DNA of 64,000 bases from Spirochaetia bacterium. GTDB lineage: Bacteria > Spirochaetota > Spirochaetia > SZUA-6 > Bin103. The notes under the pieces were generated by a model that searched no databases, was not told where the DNA came from, and worked only from the letters and a program-made list of their open reading frames with translations. Numbering within the stretch: the stretch's first letter is position 1; every line of letters starts with the position of its first letter. Positions 9,572 to 19,327 of this stretch are shown in pieces. The stretch is taken from positions 4,416,001-4,480,000 of the forward strand of contig CBDBDQ010000005.1 of assembly GCA_965203905.1 (NCBI GenBank), read 5' to 3'. Position numbers and translations under genes: made by a program.

Positions 9572-10846
9572 CTACCGATGCAGGGCATACACTCGGTAGC
9601 CATCCTCGCGGATCCGTTCCAGGTAGAAGGAATCGCGCGGAATCCCGCCCATCGCATCCCGACTCGGGGCCGTGTATCCGGAACCGTCGAGGCCGCCGGT
9701 CACCCAGCGGTCGTAGTCGTCGGAGCGGGCGTCCTGGGCGTGGTTGAGCGTGGAGTCCATGTCCCAGCGGCGAATGACCTCGGGCGCCCGGTGTGCCACC
9801 CGTCCGCCCAAGGCCACCGCCGTGTTGCCGGATCCGTAAGACAGCAGCAGCAGGCGTTCTCCCACCATGCGCTCGCCGCGCCGTTGGCAGCGCCGATTGA
9901 GCAGCGAGGCGAGCCCGAGGAACACGGACCCCGAATAGAGGTTGCCGACGATTGCGGCCGGAGCGATCGAGGCGTCGAAGTCGCGCTGTGCCAGGTAGTC
10001 CTGCAGATCGGATCCCGAGAGTCCCAGGTACTTGGTAACCAGCGAGCTCATCATCTCCAGCGGAAGCTGGTGGTAGGGGGCATGGAAGGCGAACAGGTCG
10101 GTCTGTTGCAGAGCCTCCGCCGGCGTCTGATGGGTGCGCCGGCAGTGGTCGAGAAACGCATCCTCGATGGTCTCCTTGTAGCAATGCACCGAGAACGCCC
10201 CTCGCACCCGCGGCGTCTCGGCCCCGATCGGCCGGAAGAAGTCGTCGACATCACGCGAGGCGTAACCCGCACCGGCCAGCTCCAGCTCCACCAGGCCACA
10301 GCCGCGTTCGGCGATCATCGCCACCGCGCCGGCGCCCTGCGTGATCTCGGCGCTGGTACCCGCGTCGTAGCGCGCCACGTCGGTGCAGATCACCAGGCCG
10401 CGTTCGTCGCTGCCGTGGCTGAGGGAAAGCAGGGCGTTGACGCCCAGCAGCGAGTAGGTGCCGCCGGCGCAGGCGTGCTGCGTCTGGAACGTCGCGATGG
10501 CGTCGGGAATCGGGAACCCCGCGGCCCGCAGCATACCGCCGACGTGGGCGGCGATCGGCTTGGCCATGTCGGTGGCGGACTCGGTGCCCACGGCGATGTA
10601 ACGCAGGCTGGCGATGGCGCTGTGATTCATGCGTGAGAGAAGCTGCATCGCCGCCTGCGCCGCCATGGTGACCGCATCCTCCCAAAAGTGGGGAAAGCGT
10701 ACCGAGATCTGCCCGGTCTTGTGGATGGCGCGGTCCAGTATCCGCTTGATGGTGGGGTTGGAGAGGGAGTAGCGCTCCAACAGACGGCTCAGCCGCATCA
10801 GCAGCTTGGGGATGTAGACTGCCATGTCGCCGATTCCAGTATTCAT
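9572..10846 (-). CDS. mvaS: Hydroxymethylglutaryl-CoA synthase
   Basis: EDAVTMAA, VGTESATD, HACAGGT, EITQGAGAVAM, FHAPY, GNLYSGS, SYGSG; ATG at 10846 overlaps regulator stop. Confidence 0.88.
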   Translation of the reverse strand: MNTGIGDMAVYIPKLLMRLSRLLERYSLSNPTIKRILDRAIHKTGQISVRFPHFWEDAVTMAAQAAMQLLSRMNHSAIASLRYIAVGTESATDMAKPIAAHVGGMLRAAGFPIPDAIATFQTQHACAGGTYSLLGVNALLSLSHGSDERGLVICTDVARYDAGTSAEITQGAGAVAMIAERGCGLVELELAGAGYASRDVDDFFRPIGAETPRVRGAFSVHCYKETIEDAFLDHCRRTHQTPAEALQQTDLFAFHAPYHQLPLEMMSSLVTKYLGLSGSDLQDYLAQRDFDASIAPAAIVGNLYSGSVFLGLASLLNRRCQRRGERMVGERLLLLSYGSGNTAVALGGRVAHRAPEVIRRWDMDSTLNHAQDARSDDYDRWVTGGLDGSGYTAPSRDAMGGIPRDSFYLERIREDGYRVYALHR

Positions 10847-11796
10847 GCTCGCTTCCTCCATGCCGGCTCCGCCGCGGGAACGCTGGCCGTGAGCCGCATG
10901 CGCAGCGTAGCGCGGGTCCCGCCCAGGTCTGCAACCACCGCGCCCCGTCCCTCGATGGCGCGGCGTGCGGCATGCGCGCCCGCGCCGCCGCAGAGCACGA
11001 TCGCGCCCGCCGGCACCGAGCCTACCACGACTTCCAGCGCTTGCAGACGGGTCTGCGGCACCGGGCTCTGGGTGAAGCCGATCAGCACCGCGCCGGCGCG
11101 GTGCGCGGCCAGCGTCGCTACCACGCACCGTGCGGGCGTATCGGTACCGAGGTATATCACCCGCCAGCCCTCCGCCGCGGCGACCACCGCCGCCGCCAGG
11201 GTGCCCAGCTCGTGCAGTTCTCCGCACAAGGTACCGGCAACCGCGACCGGCGCTTCGCGCGCCGGCCGTTGCTGCGCCAGGGCCGCACCGAGGAAGGTCC
11301 GAAAGGCGGCGCTGGCCAGGTGTTCGTGATGGGGCTCCAGGTCGCCGTCGGCCCAGCGGCGTCCAATCCGCTGCATGACCGGTGCGATGAGCGATTCGGC
11401 TACCGCGACGTGGCCGAAACTGGCAGCCGTACGGGTCAGTGTGTCGCTGAGCAGCCAGGGATCCAGGCGCTCGACGGCCTGCTCGCAGGCGCCTGCCTGG
11501 GTCTCGAGGTACGCCGGCGCGGAGCCGTTCCCGGCCTGCTGCAGCAGGCTGATGATCTGGGAATCGGTGAGCGGTGCCAGCTCCGCAATGGAACTGCCGC
11601 CACGCTGGGCGGCACGCAGCAGTTGCAGCCGGCGTACGTCGCGCTCGGAATACCGCCGGTGCCTGCCGCGGGAGCGTTCCGGCGCCACGACCTGGTAACG
11701 GCGCTCCCATACCCGCAGCGTATGTTCGCTGAGACCGGTGCGGCGCACGACCGTGCCGATCGAGTAGTAGCGTGGTGCGGCGTTCGACTCTGCCAC
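10843..11796 (-). CDS. carH: MerR-family B12-binding light-sensing repressor (CarH/LitR family)
   Basis: MerR HTH (TLRVWERRY...RRYS), RRWADG..EH helix-bundle motif, GELHELG and YLG cobalamin-binding motifs; heads the crt operon; GTG at 11796 chosen, ORF open to 11835. Confidence 0.85.
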   Translation of the reverse strand: MAESNAAPRYYSIGTVVRRTGLSEHTLRVWERRYQVVAPERSRGRHRRYSERDVRRLQLLRAAQRGGSSIAELAPLTDSQIISLLQQAGNGSAPAYLETQAGACEQAVERLDPWLLSDTLTRTAASFGHVAVAESLIAPVMQRIGRRWADGDLEPHHEHLASAAFRTFLGAALAQQRPAREAPVAVAGTLCGELHELGTLAAAVVAAAEGWRVIYLGTDTPARCVVATLAAHRAGAVLIGFTQSPVPQTRLQALEVVVGSVPAGAIVLCGGAGAHAARRAIEGRGAVVADLGGTRATLRMRLTASVPAAEPAWRKRA

Positions 11797-11818
11797 GGTA
11801 CGGAAAAAACTCGCGCAA

Positions 11819-11867
11819 TGTAGAGATTTCGTCAAGGTTTCACGTACAATGAATTTGTCAGTGTTTA
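11819..11867. promoter_or_regulatory. Divergent promoter region with candidate CarH operator half-sites
   Basis: AT-rich intergenic; TGTAGA (11819) and CGTCAA (11830) lie 11 bp apart, i.e. TCTACA and TTGACG on the minus strand (TnnACA-like); TACAAT at 11845-11850 on plus; TGTTTA at 11862. Confidence 0.4.
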
Positions 11868-11890
11868 GGTCTGGCAGACGGGAGAACGGG

Positions 11891-12790
11891 ATGAAAATAG
11901 TGCTTACCGGTGGAACCGGCCTGATCGGAACGCACCTGATAAAGAGCCTCGCTGCGCAGGGTCACCAACTGACGCTGCTGACCCGCGATCCGGCGCGGGC
12001 CCCGGCGGGTGTGCCGGCGGCAGCCTGGCAGCCGCTGGAGGAGGCGGCGCCGGCGCAGGCTCTGAACGGCGCCGATGCCGTGATCCACCTGGCGGGCGAA
12101 CCGATCGCCGCCGGCCGCTGGACGGCGGCGCGGCGCGAACGGATCGAAGCGAGTCGCTGGACCGGTACCGCCAACCTGGTGCAGGGCCTGGTCGCTGCCG
12201 AGCGGCGGCCGCGGGTACTGCTCGCCGGGTCGGCCGTGGGCTACTACGGGGACCGCGGCGAGGAGCTGCTGGAGGAGAAGGCCACCCCGGGAGCCGGCTA
12301 TCTGGCCGCGGTCACCGAGCGCTGGGAGCGGGAGGCGGCCGCCGCGGACCAACTGAGAGTCCGCGTGGTGTATCTGCGTACTGGTGTGGTGCTGGCGCGC
12401 GAGGGCGGCGCGCTGCCGCGCATGGCGGCACCGTTTCGCGCCGGGGCGGGCGGGCGCCTGGGCAATGGCCGGCAGTGGATGCCGTGGGTGCACATCGATG
12501 ACGTGGTCGGCCTGATCGAGCTGGCCCTCCGTAACGAGGAGCTGCACGGTCCGCTCAACCTGGTCGCGCCAGGCGCCGCGACCAACGCCGAACTCACCCG
12601 CGCTCTGGGGCAGGCGTTGCGGCGCCCGGCCTTCATGATCGTGCCGGCCCTCGCCCTGAAGCTGATGTTCGGCGGCATGAGCGAGACATTGCTCGCTTCC
12701 CAGCGCGTGGTCCCCGCGGCGGCCGGGCGGGCCGGCTACCGGTTTCGTTATCCGAATCTCGAGGCAGCGCTTGCCGACCTGCTGAGGTAG
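11891..12790 (+). CDS. TIGR01777 / YfcH-family NAD-dependent epimerase-oxidoreductase
   Basis: MKIVLTGGTGLIG, HLAGEPI, SAVGYYG, GRQWMPWVHIDD, LLASQRVVP; GGAGA RBS. Confidence 0.88.
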   Translation: MKIVLTGGTGLIGTHLIKSLAAQGHQLTLLTRDPARAPAGVPAAAWQPLEEAAPAQALNGADAVIHLAGEPIAAGRWTAARRERIEASRWTGTANLVQGLVAAERRPRVLLAGSAVGYYGDRGEELLEEKATPGAGYLAAVTERWEREAAAADQLRVRVVYLRTGVVLAREGGALPRMAAPFRAGAGGRLGNGRQWMPWVHIDDVVGLIELALRNEELHGPLNLVAPGAATNAELTRALGQALRRPAFMIVPALALKLMFGGMSETLLASQRVVPAAAGRAGYRFRYPNLEAALADLLR

Positions 12791-12796
12791 CTCGGC

Positions 12797-13588
12797 TCAG
12801 AAGGAACTCAGCCAGCCGCCGTCCACGTACAGGATCTGGCCGGTGACGTAGTCGGCGGCGGGCGAGGCGAGGAACACCGCCGCGGTACCGATGTCGGACG
12901 GTGCGCCCCACGCCGCCAGCGGCGTGCGGCCGCGCACCCAGGCGTCGAAGTCGGCATCCTCCCAGAGAGGCCTGGTCAGGTCGGTCTTGATGTAGCCGGG
13001 GCCGATCGCGTTCACGTTGATCCGATACCTGGCCCAGTCCACCGCCAGCGACTTGGTCAGCTGGCGGATCGCGCCCTTGGTCGCGGCATACGGTGCGTTG
13101 TCCTCGCGCACCTGCTCGCTCATCAGCGAGGCGATGTTGATGATCTTGGCGCGTTGCTCCGGCGCGTCCTCCCGTGCCGAGCGCGCGATCTGGTCGCGGC
13201 CGAATTCCTGGCACAGCCGGAACACGGAGTTCAGATTGAGGTCCAGCACGAACTTCCAGTCTGCCGGAGAGATCCGCTCGGCCGGCGCGCGCCGAGTGCT
13301 CCCGGCGTTGTTCACCAGGATGTCCAGGGGCCCGTCGGCGCGTACCCGCCGGTACAGCTCGTCGATGCGGTCGACGTCGGTCAGGTCGTAGGGATACGCG
13401 ACCGCCCGCCCACCGCGGGCAACGACCTGGTCGCAAGCCGCCTGCAGCGCCTCCGGGTCACGGCTCACCAGGGCCAGAGCGGCGCCGGCGTCGGCCATGG
13501 CCAGGGCCACTCCCAGGCCGATACCACGGCTGCCGCCGCTCACCAGCGCGCGCCGGCCGGCGAGCGAAAACGGATCGGATGTTGCCAT
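12797..13588 (-). CDS. SDR oxidoreductase (gluconate 5-dehydrogenase/KduD-like)
   Basis: SGGSRGIG, NNAG, YAATK, NAIGPGY, VDGGW. Confidence 0.88.
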   Translation of the reverse strand: MATSDPFSLAGRRALVSGGSRGIGLGVALAMADAGAALALVSRDPEALQAACDQVVARGGRAVAYPYDLTDVDRIDELYRRVRADGPLDILVNNAGSTRRAPAERISPADWKFVLDLNLNSVFRLCQEFGRDQIARSAREDAPEQRAKIINIASLMSEQVREDNAPYAATKGAIRQLTKSLAVDWARYRINVNAIGPGYIKTDLTRPLWEDADFDAWVRGRTPLAAWGAPSDIGTAAVFLASPAADYVTGQILYVDGGWLSSF

Positions 13589-13680
13589 GGGCCGGATGCT
13601 ACTACGGGCGTCCGCCGGCGAACAGGCCGACGCCCTTTTCGTGTGTAGCTCCATGTGGCTACATGATGGACGGCGTCCAC

Positions 13681-13848
13681 TTACGAGGTGGGACCGACTG
13701 GAACTCCGCCGGCAAAGCCGTCCGGCCCCTTGGCGATGACCCGGTCCAGGTCGGTGCTGAGCTCGGCAAGCTGGTCGTCGTCCAGAATGCGCCCCGCGTT
13801 CAGGAATCCGTCGTCGTGGAACTGCTGCACCTGTTTCTGCGTCAGCAT
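13681..13848 (-). pseudogene. 5' remnant of a phytanoyl-CoA dioxygenase (PhyH) family gene
   Basis: MLTQKQVQQFHDDGFL... typical PhyH N-terminus, coupled to the upstream gene, stops after 55 aa. Confidence 0.6.
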
Positions 13849-15899
13849 CGTTCGTCCTCCTGCAAGTCGAGCCAGCGTACCTCCTCCGCGGTCAGCGCCA
13901 CATCCAGGGCGCGCAGGCAGTCGCGCGTTTCCGCGGGCAGGCGCGTGCCGATGATCGGAAACACCGGGAACGATTGCTGCAGCACCCAGGCCAGCGCGAT
14001 GTTGATCGGGCTCACCCCATGCCGGCGTGCCAACTCGAACGCGCGTTCGCGCCGGGTGAAGTTCTCGGGGCTGTGGTAGCAGCGCGGCAGGTCGCGGTCG
14101 CGCGGTTGCTCGGCCTCGTTCTCGATGAAGAATCCGGACGCCTGGCTCGACCAGGGCACCAGCACCGTCTGGGTGGCTTCGAACCAGCGCCGGAACTCCG
14201 GATCGGAGGCGCTCTGCCAATGCGGGTAGCTGCCGTCGATGGTCCACCAGGCGTCGATGATGCGCGCCAGGCTGAACTGGTTGCTGACCACGGAGAAGTA
14301 GTTGCGCCCGTTACGGTCGGCGTACTCCCTGGCCTCCCGCAGCCGCGGCAACGACCAGTTGGAGACGCCGAAGATGGTCATCCGCCCGGCCGCCTGGTGC
14401 TCGCCCAGCACGTCGACGATCTCGCCGGCCGGCACCTCCGGGTTGTCGCGGTGCATCAGCCACACGTCGGCGTGGTCGATGCCGAGGCCCTCCAGGCCCG
14501 CCAGCAGCTCCCGAGTGATACCCTCCGGGGTGCCGTTGGGGGGATTGCCGCCCTTCTCGAACACCACCACCTCGTCGCGCACGCCGCGGCCGCGGATCCA
14601 GGCGCCCAGGTTGCGCTCGCAGGCGCCGTCGCGGTAGGCGTGCGAGGTGTCGAAGCAGTTGCCGCCCAGTTCGAAGTACTGGTCGAACAGTACCTCCGTG
14701 TAGGGGATGGTGACGTTGCGATCGGCGCCCTGCACCAGGCGGGCAACCGGCTTGTCCAGTCCCGGGATGGTGCCGTACTGCATAGCCGTTCCGGCTGCGC
14801 CGCCGCGCCGGAGCAGCGGACGGCCCGCGAGCGTGCCGGGGTGGAAGCGCCGCTCCTGCTCGTAGATCAGCCCCGCCTCCTCGCGCCAGCGGTCGAGCAG
14901 CTTCATGTTGCCGATGGTGTCGAGCCAGCTCATCGCCGGCGCCTGCCGCGCCTCCAGGTGCGCGGCCACGGTGTCCGCCTCGTAGGTGAACAGGTCGCGG
15001 TCGACCGCGACGGAGATCGTCTCGGGCTCGGCGGCGCCGGGACGGGTGAGAAGGATCCGGCCCGGCGAAAACCTGGTGTCGGCCGGCAGTGGCTCGGCGG
15101 CGTGGCGGCACGGCGAGCACGGCGTCCACGGCTCCGGCACTTCCAGGATGCCCTCGCTGCCGTACACCGCGAGCTGGCTCGGCACCCGGCAGTCCACGCC
15201 GCAAACCAACTCGGCGACGACGCCGTTGTCGAACTGCAGGGTGGCCGCGGCGTAGTGGTCCACCCCGGTCGGCCCCAGCCGGGCGCAGCCCTTAACCAGG
15301 TGCGGCTCCAGGAACGGCTCGCCGGCGGCCGCGCCCGCGATCAGCCGCGCCGCGGAGGCGGTGTAGCAGCCGATGTCCAGAATGCCGCCGCCGCCGAGCG
15401 CGTTGCCGAAGGTACGCGATTCGGCGGAGAAGCTGCCCTGGTAGCTGAATACCGTCCGGATCATGCGCACCTCGCCGATGGCGCCCGCGCGCACCAGCTC
15501 GGCCAGCCGCTGCGTCTGCGGGTGGCAGCGGTACATGAACGCCTCCATCAGGAACACGTCGTGCGCCGCCGCGGCGTCGATCATCGCCGCCGCCTCCAGG
15601 TGGTTCATGCCGATCGGCTTCTCCACCAGCAGGTGCTTGCCCGCCTCCGCAGCCTTGATCGCCCACTCGGCGTGTGCCGGGTGGATGGTGCTGACGTAGA
15701 CCGCGTCGACTTCGTCATCGGCGAGCAACTCCTCGTAGTTGTCGAACCGCTTGGGAATCGCAAACAGGTCGGCCAGCGTGTCCGCCCGCTCCCGGCTGCG
15801 GCTCGCCACCGCCGCGATCCGCCCGCTGCCCGAGAACCGCACGCCGTTGCAGAACACCCGCGCGATGGTGCCCGCTCCGATCACTCCCCAGTTCAGCAT
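13842..15899 (-). CDS. Gfo/Idh/MocA oxidoreductase fused to aldo/keto reductase
   Basis: WGVIGAGTIA, LLVEKP, GGGILDIGCY; C-half FDTSHAY, MHRDN, FGVSNW, PIIG. Confidence 0.88.
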   Translation of the reverse strand: MLNWGVIGAGTIARVFCNGVRFSGSGRIAAVASRSRERADTLADLFAIPKRFDNYEELLADDEVDAVYVSTIHPAHAEWAIKAAEAGKHLLVEKPIGMNHLEAAAMIDAAAAHDVFLMEAFMYRCHPQTQRLAELVRAGAIGEVRMIRTVFSYQGSFSAESRTFGNALGGGGILDIGCYTASAARLIAGAAAGEPFLEPHLVKGCARLGPTGVDHYAAATLQFDNGVVAELVCGVDCRVPSQLAVYGSEGILEVPEPWTPCSPCRHAAEPLPADTRFSPGRILLTRPGAAEPETISVAVDRDLFTYEADTVAAHLEARQAPAMSWLDTIGNMKLLDRWREEAGLIYEQERRFHPGTLAGRPLLRRGGAAGTAMQYGTIPGLDKPVARLVQGADRNVTIPYTEVLFDQYFELGGNCFDTSHAYRDGACERNLGAWIRGRGVRDEVVVFEKGGNPPNGTPEGITRELLAGLEGLGIDHADVWLMHRDNPEVPAGEIVDVLGEHQAAGRMTIFGVSNWSLPRLREAREYADRNGRNYFSVVSNQFSLARIIDAWWTIDGSYPHWQSASDPEFRRWFEATQTVLVPWSSQASGFFIENEAEQPRDRDLPRCYHSPENFTRRERAFELARRHGVSPINIALAWVLQQSFPVFPIIGTRLPAETRDCLRALDVALTAEEVRWLDLQEDERC

Positions 15900-16006
15900 G
15901 CGCCCTCCTTCTGCGGCAGCTATGCGGCCGCCGGAATTGTCAGTTACCGGGTCAGAAGCATATCATGACCTCTTCGAGAACCCGGAGTCGGAGGAGGGAA
16001 TAAAGA

Positions 16007-18448
16007 TTGTCGAGCGTGAGGGTTGCCTACAATGAGAAAGAGGCGCCGCTGGAGGTGCTGTTGAGGACGATCGACCGCCCCGGAGACTTCTGTACGCAGG
16101 ATCGGATGCTGGTGCCGATGCCGCGCGTCGAGGTGGAAGGGGCGCGCTCTCTCTCCTTCCCGATCACCGAGGAGCAGGCGCATGCGCTCGTCGCGGTGGC
16201 GGAACCGGCGCCCTATGGCAGGGGCGAACAGACCCTCGTAGACCGTTCCGTGCGCGCCTGCCGGCAGATCGATGCGGCGCGGGTGCGAATTACCGGCAGG
16301 GCGTGGCGCGACACCCTGGCGCAGGTCGTCGCACGGGCCGCAACGGGACTCGGCTGTCCGCCCGAACAGACCTCCGCGTGCCTGTACAAGCTGCTGGTGT
16401 ACGAGAAGGGCGGCTTCTTCGCCCCGCACCGGGATACCGAGAAGGTCGACGGCATGGTTGCTACGCTGGTGCTGTCGCTCCCGGTGGCGGGCGCCGGCGG
16501 GGAGCTGGTCATCCGCCACCGGGAGCATGAAAAGGTCGTCGACCTGCGCACCGACGAAGCCTCTGAACTCGCGTTCGCCGCGTTCTATGCGGACTGCGTG
16601 CACGAAATCCGTCCGGTGACGGACGGCTACCGAATCGTCCTCGTCTATCACTTGGTAGTGCGCGGTGCCGCTGCCGCGGTGCTCAAGGCCGCGCCCTACT
16701 ATCGCTCGCAGGAAGAGCAGATCGCGGCCCGATTCAGAAACTGGGAAGCGACTTCGACGGCGGGTGACAAGTTGGTCTGGCTCCTGGAGCACGAATACAG
16801 CGAGGCGGGTCTGTCGTTCGACGTGCTGAAGAACGCCGACGCGGTGTTGGGCCGGGTCCTCGCGCGGGCGGCGGAGCAGGCGAAACAAGTGCTGTACGCG
16901 GCCATCCTCGGAATCTCCGAGTGGGGGACCCTGCCCGAGTTGGCCGAGTCACTGGACTGGGACGAACCCTCCGACGACTGGGAGTCCATGGAACTGGTCC
17001 ACTCTACCCGATCACTGGTCGGACTGGTTGCACCGGACGGCTCGCGTCCCGACTACGGCGAGCTGCCGCTGTTGCCGGGAGAACTGCTCCCCGCCGGGGC
17101 GCTGGACGGCGTGGCGCCGGATCAGGAGGACACCCGCTTTACGGGCAACGCAGGCGTAGAGATGAGCCGCAGCTATCGTCGCGCGGCGCTGGTGCTGTGG
17201 CCCCGGGAGAGGACCGTGGGGACCCTCGCCCGCGGCGACATCGAAGGTGCCCTGGCGTGGTTCGCGGATGACCTGGCGCGATCGCAACGCGACATCCGGT
17301 CGCAACCGCGCTTGTCCGGTCTCGCCGCTCAGCTTATCGCCGCCTGGCCCGAGCCGGACCCCGCTCGATTCCATAGCCGGCATCGCTCGGATTGGTCACA
17401 GCCGGCCTACGGTGAGGCGCTTCGCCTCCTGCACCGGCTGGGGGACGAGGCCACCATCCGGCGCTTTCTGTGCGAAGTTGCCACGCAACACTATAGCGGG
17501 GCGGAAAACGTCGAGTTGCTGAGGACGGCGACGGAGGTAGCTCCCGCTGTCCTGCACACCTGGCTGCCGCAGTTCACGGCGGCTAATTTCTCGCACGCCC
17601 CGGGGGACGTCCTCGACTTGCTTTGGCGTCTGCACCGGCAGGAAGATTCAGGTCCCGACCTGATCCGGCGCTTGGCGCTGGTCGAGGCGGTGCGAGCGGT
17701 CTGCCTTCTGTTGCCCGTTGTGGTGGAGGGCGCAGCCACCGCGCAGCCGGCCGCGGCCCGCTTCCGGCCGGCACGGCGGTGGAACTCCGGCCGGCCGCTG
17801 ACGGCACGGGCGATCCGCTCTCTGTTCGCACTGATCTGGCACTGCGCGCAGCCGGCGGCGGCCGCGGAAGCTGCCGCGCTCCTGGTGCAGCGTCCGGAAG
17901 CGGCTCCCCCGGATCGGGCCCTGCCGCTGGCACTTGCGGAGCTGGCGAAACTGGATGGCATGGCCGGCGATGCGACCGAGTCTGCCGGGTTCGCGGCGCT
18001 CTGGCGGCACGCGGCGGCTTTTCTGCTGGCGCGCAGCCCGGCGCCCCCCGAGGAGCCGCGCGACTGGGTGATCGAGTCCGTTGTCGGGTGCGACTGCCCG
18101 AACTGCGATCGGCTGCGAGCCTTCTGCGCGGACGCGGTAGCCACGACCTTACGGTTCTCGATGCGTCAGGACATGCGCCTGCACATCGAGTCGGTGATCA
18201 CCTTTGGGCGACTCGACATCGACTGCCGGACCGAGCGCGAAGGCAGATCGGATATCCTGATCTGCACCAAGACGCGCGCCTCCTACGAACGACGATGTGC
18301 GCAGTACGCCCAGGATGTCACGCACATGCGGCTGCTGGTTGCCGCGGCCCCCGGCAGCGGCGCTGCGGTGGCCGACGATCTGGGGCAATTGCACGCGGCG
18401 CTTGCGCGCGCCGGACGAGCGGTCAGCCCTTCAGAGAGCCGATCATGA
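16007..18448 (+). CDS. Large 2OG-Fe(II) oxygenase-domain protein
   Basis: APYGRGEQT, LYKLLVY, HRD (HxD), GGELVI, ADCVHEIRPVTDGYRIVLVY; GGAGGAGG upstream of TTG. Confidence 0.8.
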   Translation: MSSVRVAYNEKEAPLEVLLRTIDRPGDFCTQDRMLVPMPRVEVEGARSLSFPITEEQAHALVAVAEPAPYGRGEQTLVDRSVRACRQIDAARVRITGRAWRDTLAQVVARAATGLGCPPEQTSACLYKLLVYEKGGFFAPHRDTEKVDGMVATLVLSLPVAGAGGELVIRHREHEKVVDLRTDEASELAFAAFYADCVHEIRPVTDGYRIVLVYHLVVRGAAAAVLKAAPYYRSQEEQIAARFRNWEATSTAGDKLVWLLEHEYSEAGLSFDVLKNADAVLGRVLARAAEQAKQVLYAAILGISEWGTLPELAESLDWDEPSDDWESMELVHSTRSLVGLVAPDGSRPDYGELPLLPGELLPAGALDGVAPDQEDTRFTGNAGVEMSRSYRRAALVLWPRERTVGTLARGDIEGALAWFADDLARSQRDIRSQPRLSGLAAQLIAAWPEPDPARFHSRHRSDWSQPAYGEALRLLHRLGDEATIRRFLCEVATQHYSGAENVELLRTATEVAPAVLHTWLPQFTAANFSHAPGDVLDLLWRLHRQEDSGPDLIRRLALVEAVRAVCLLLPVVVEGAATAQPAAARFRPARRWNSGRPLTARAIRSLFALIWHCAQPAAAAEAAALLVQRPEAAPPDRALPLALAELAKLDGMAGDATESAGFAALWRHAAAFLLARSPAPPEEPRDWVIESVVGCDCPNCDRLRAFCADAVATTLRFSMRQDMRLHIESVITFGRLDIDCRTEREGRSDILICTKTRASYERRCAQYAQDVTHMRLLVAAAPGSGAAVADDLGQLHAALARAGRAVSPSESRS

Positions 18449-19313
18449 TGCCCTGCACGAAGTACTTCTGCAGGAACGGGTACACGATCAGCAGCGGCAG
18501 GCTGGCGACCACGATGCTGCCGTACTTGATCAGCTCGGCGGCATGCTGCCGCTCTTTGAGGTCCGCGATATCGGTCACCGTCTCGGGGTCGTCGAGGATC
18601 AGGATCGAGCGCAGCACGAGCTGCAGCGGATACTTCTGCTGGTCGTCGAGGAAAATCAGCGCGTTGAAGAATTCGTTCCAGTGCCCCACGCCGTAGTAGA
18701 TCGCCAGCACCGCGATTACCGGGCGCGACAGCGGCAGCACGATGCGCACGAAGAACGGGATGTGGTTGCAGCCGTCGATCGCCGCCGCCTCGTACAGCTC
18801 GTCGGCAATGGTGGTCTGGAAGAAGGTGCGGGTGACGATGATGTGCCACACCATGGCCGCACCCATGATCACCATGATCGCCCGCGTGTCGAGCAGCCCG
18901 AGCGATCGCACCAGCAGGTACTTGGGGATGAGGCCGCCCTCGAAGTAGAGGGTGGCGAGCAGGAAGATCATCAGCACGTAGCGGCCCGAGAAGCGCCGCG
19001 ACGACAGCGGGTAGGCGACCGTCACCGTCATCGTGATGTTGAGCAGCGTGCCGAGCACGGCGTAGAAGATGGTGTTGGCGTAGCCGCGCCAGATGCTGGC
19101 CGTGTTGAAGATGCGCTCGTAGCCGGCGAAGGTCAGGCCGCGCGGCCAGAGCCACACGTTGCCGGCGTAGATGGCAGCGGGGTCGGAGACCGATGCGATC
19201 AGCACGAAGTAGAGCGGGTAGGCCACCAGCAACAGGGCCAGCGTCACGCACCCGTTGACGATGGCGAGGTTGATCCGGTCCTCGCGGGATGGCTTCATTG
19301 CGTGCGCCGGCAT
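18423..19313 (-). CDS. Carbohydrate ABC transporter permease
   Basis: ELYEAAAIDG EAA loop, WNEFF, KYFVQGIMIGSLKG; ATG at 19313. Confidence 0.92.
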   Translation of the reverse strand: MPAHAMKPSREDRINLAIVNGCVTLALLLVAYPLYFVLIASVSDPAAIYAGNVWLWPRGLTFAGYERIFNTASIWRGYANTIFYAVLGTLLNITMTVTVAYPLSSRRFSGRYVLMIFLLATLYFEGGLIPKYLLVRSLGLLDTRAIMVIMGAAMVWHIIVTRTFFQTTIADELYEAAAIDGCNHIPFFVRIVLPLSRPVIAVLAIYYGVGHWNEFFNALIFLDDQQKYPLQLVLRSILILDDPETVTDIADLKERQHAAELIKYGSIVVASLPLLIVYPFLQKYFVQGIMIGSLKG

Positions 19314-19327
19314 CGCGATTCGCCCCG

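Noticed and set aside
9572-11818. 748-aa ORF suggesting a long N-terminal extension of HMG-CoA synthase
   Set aside because: The extension is an off-frame reading of carH; an ATGA-coupled start exists at 10846. The same applies to the long versions of crtI, crtB, crtU and crtV
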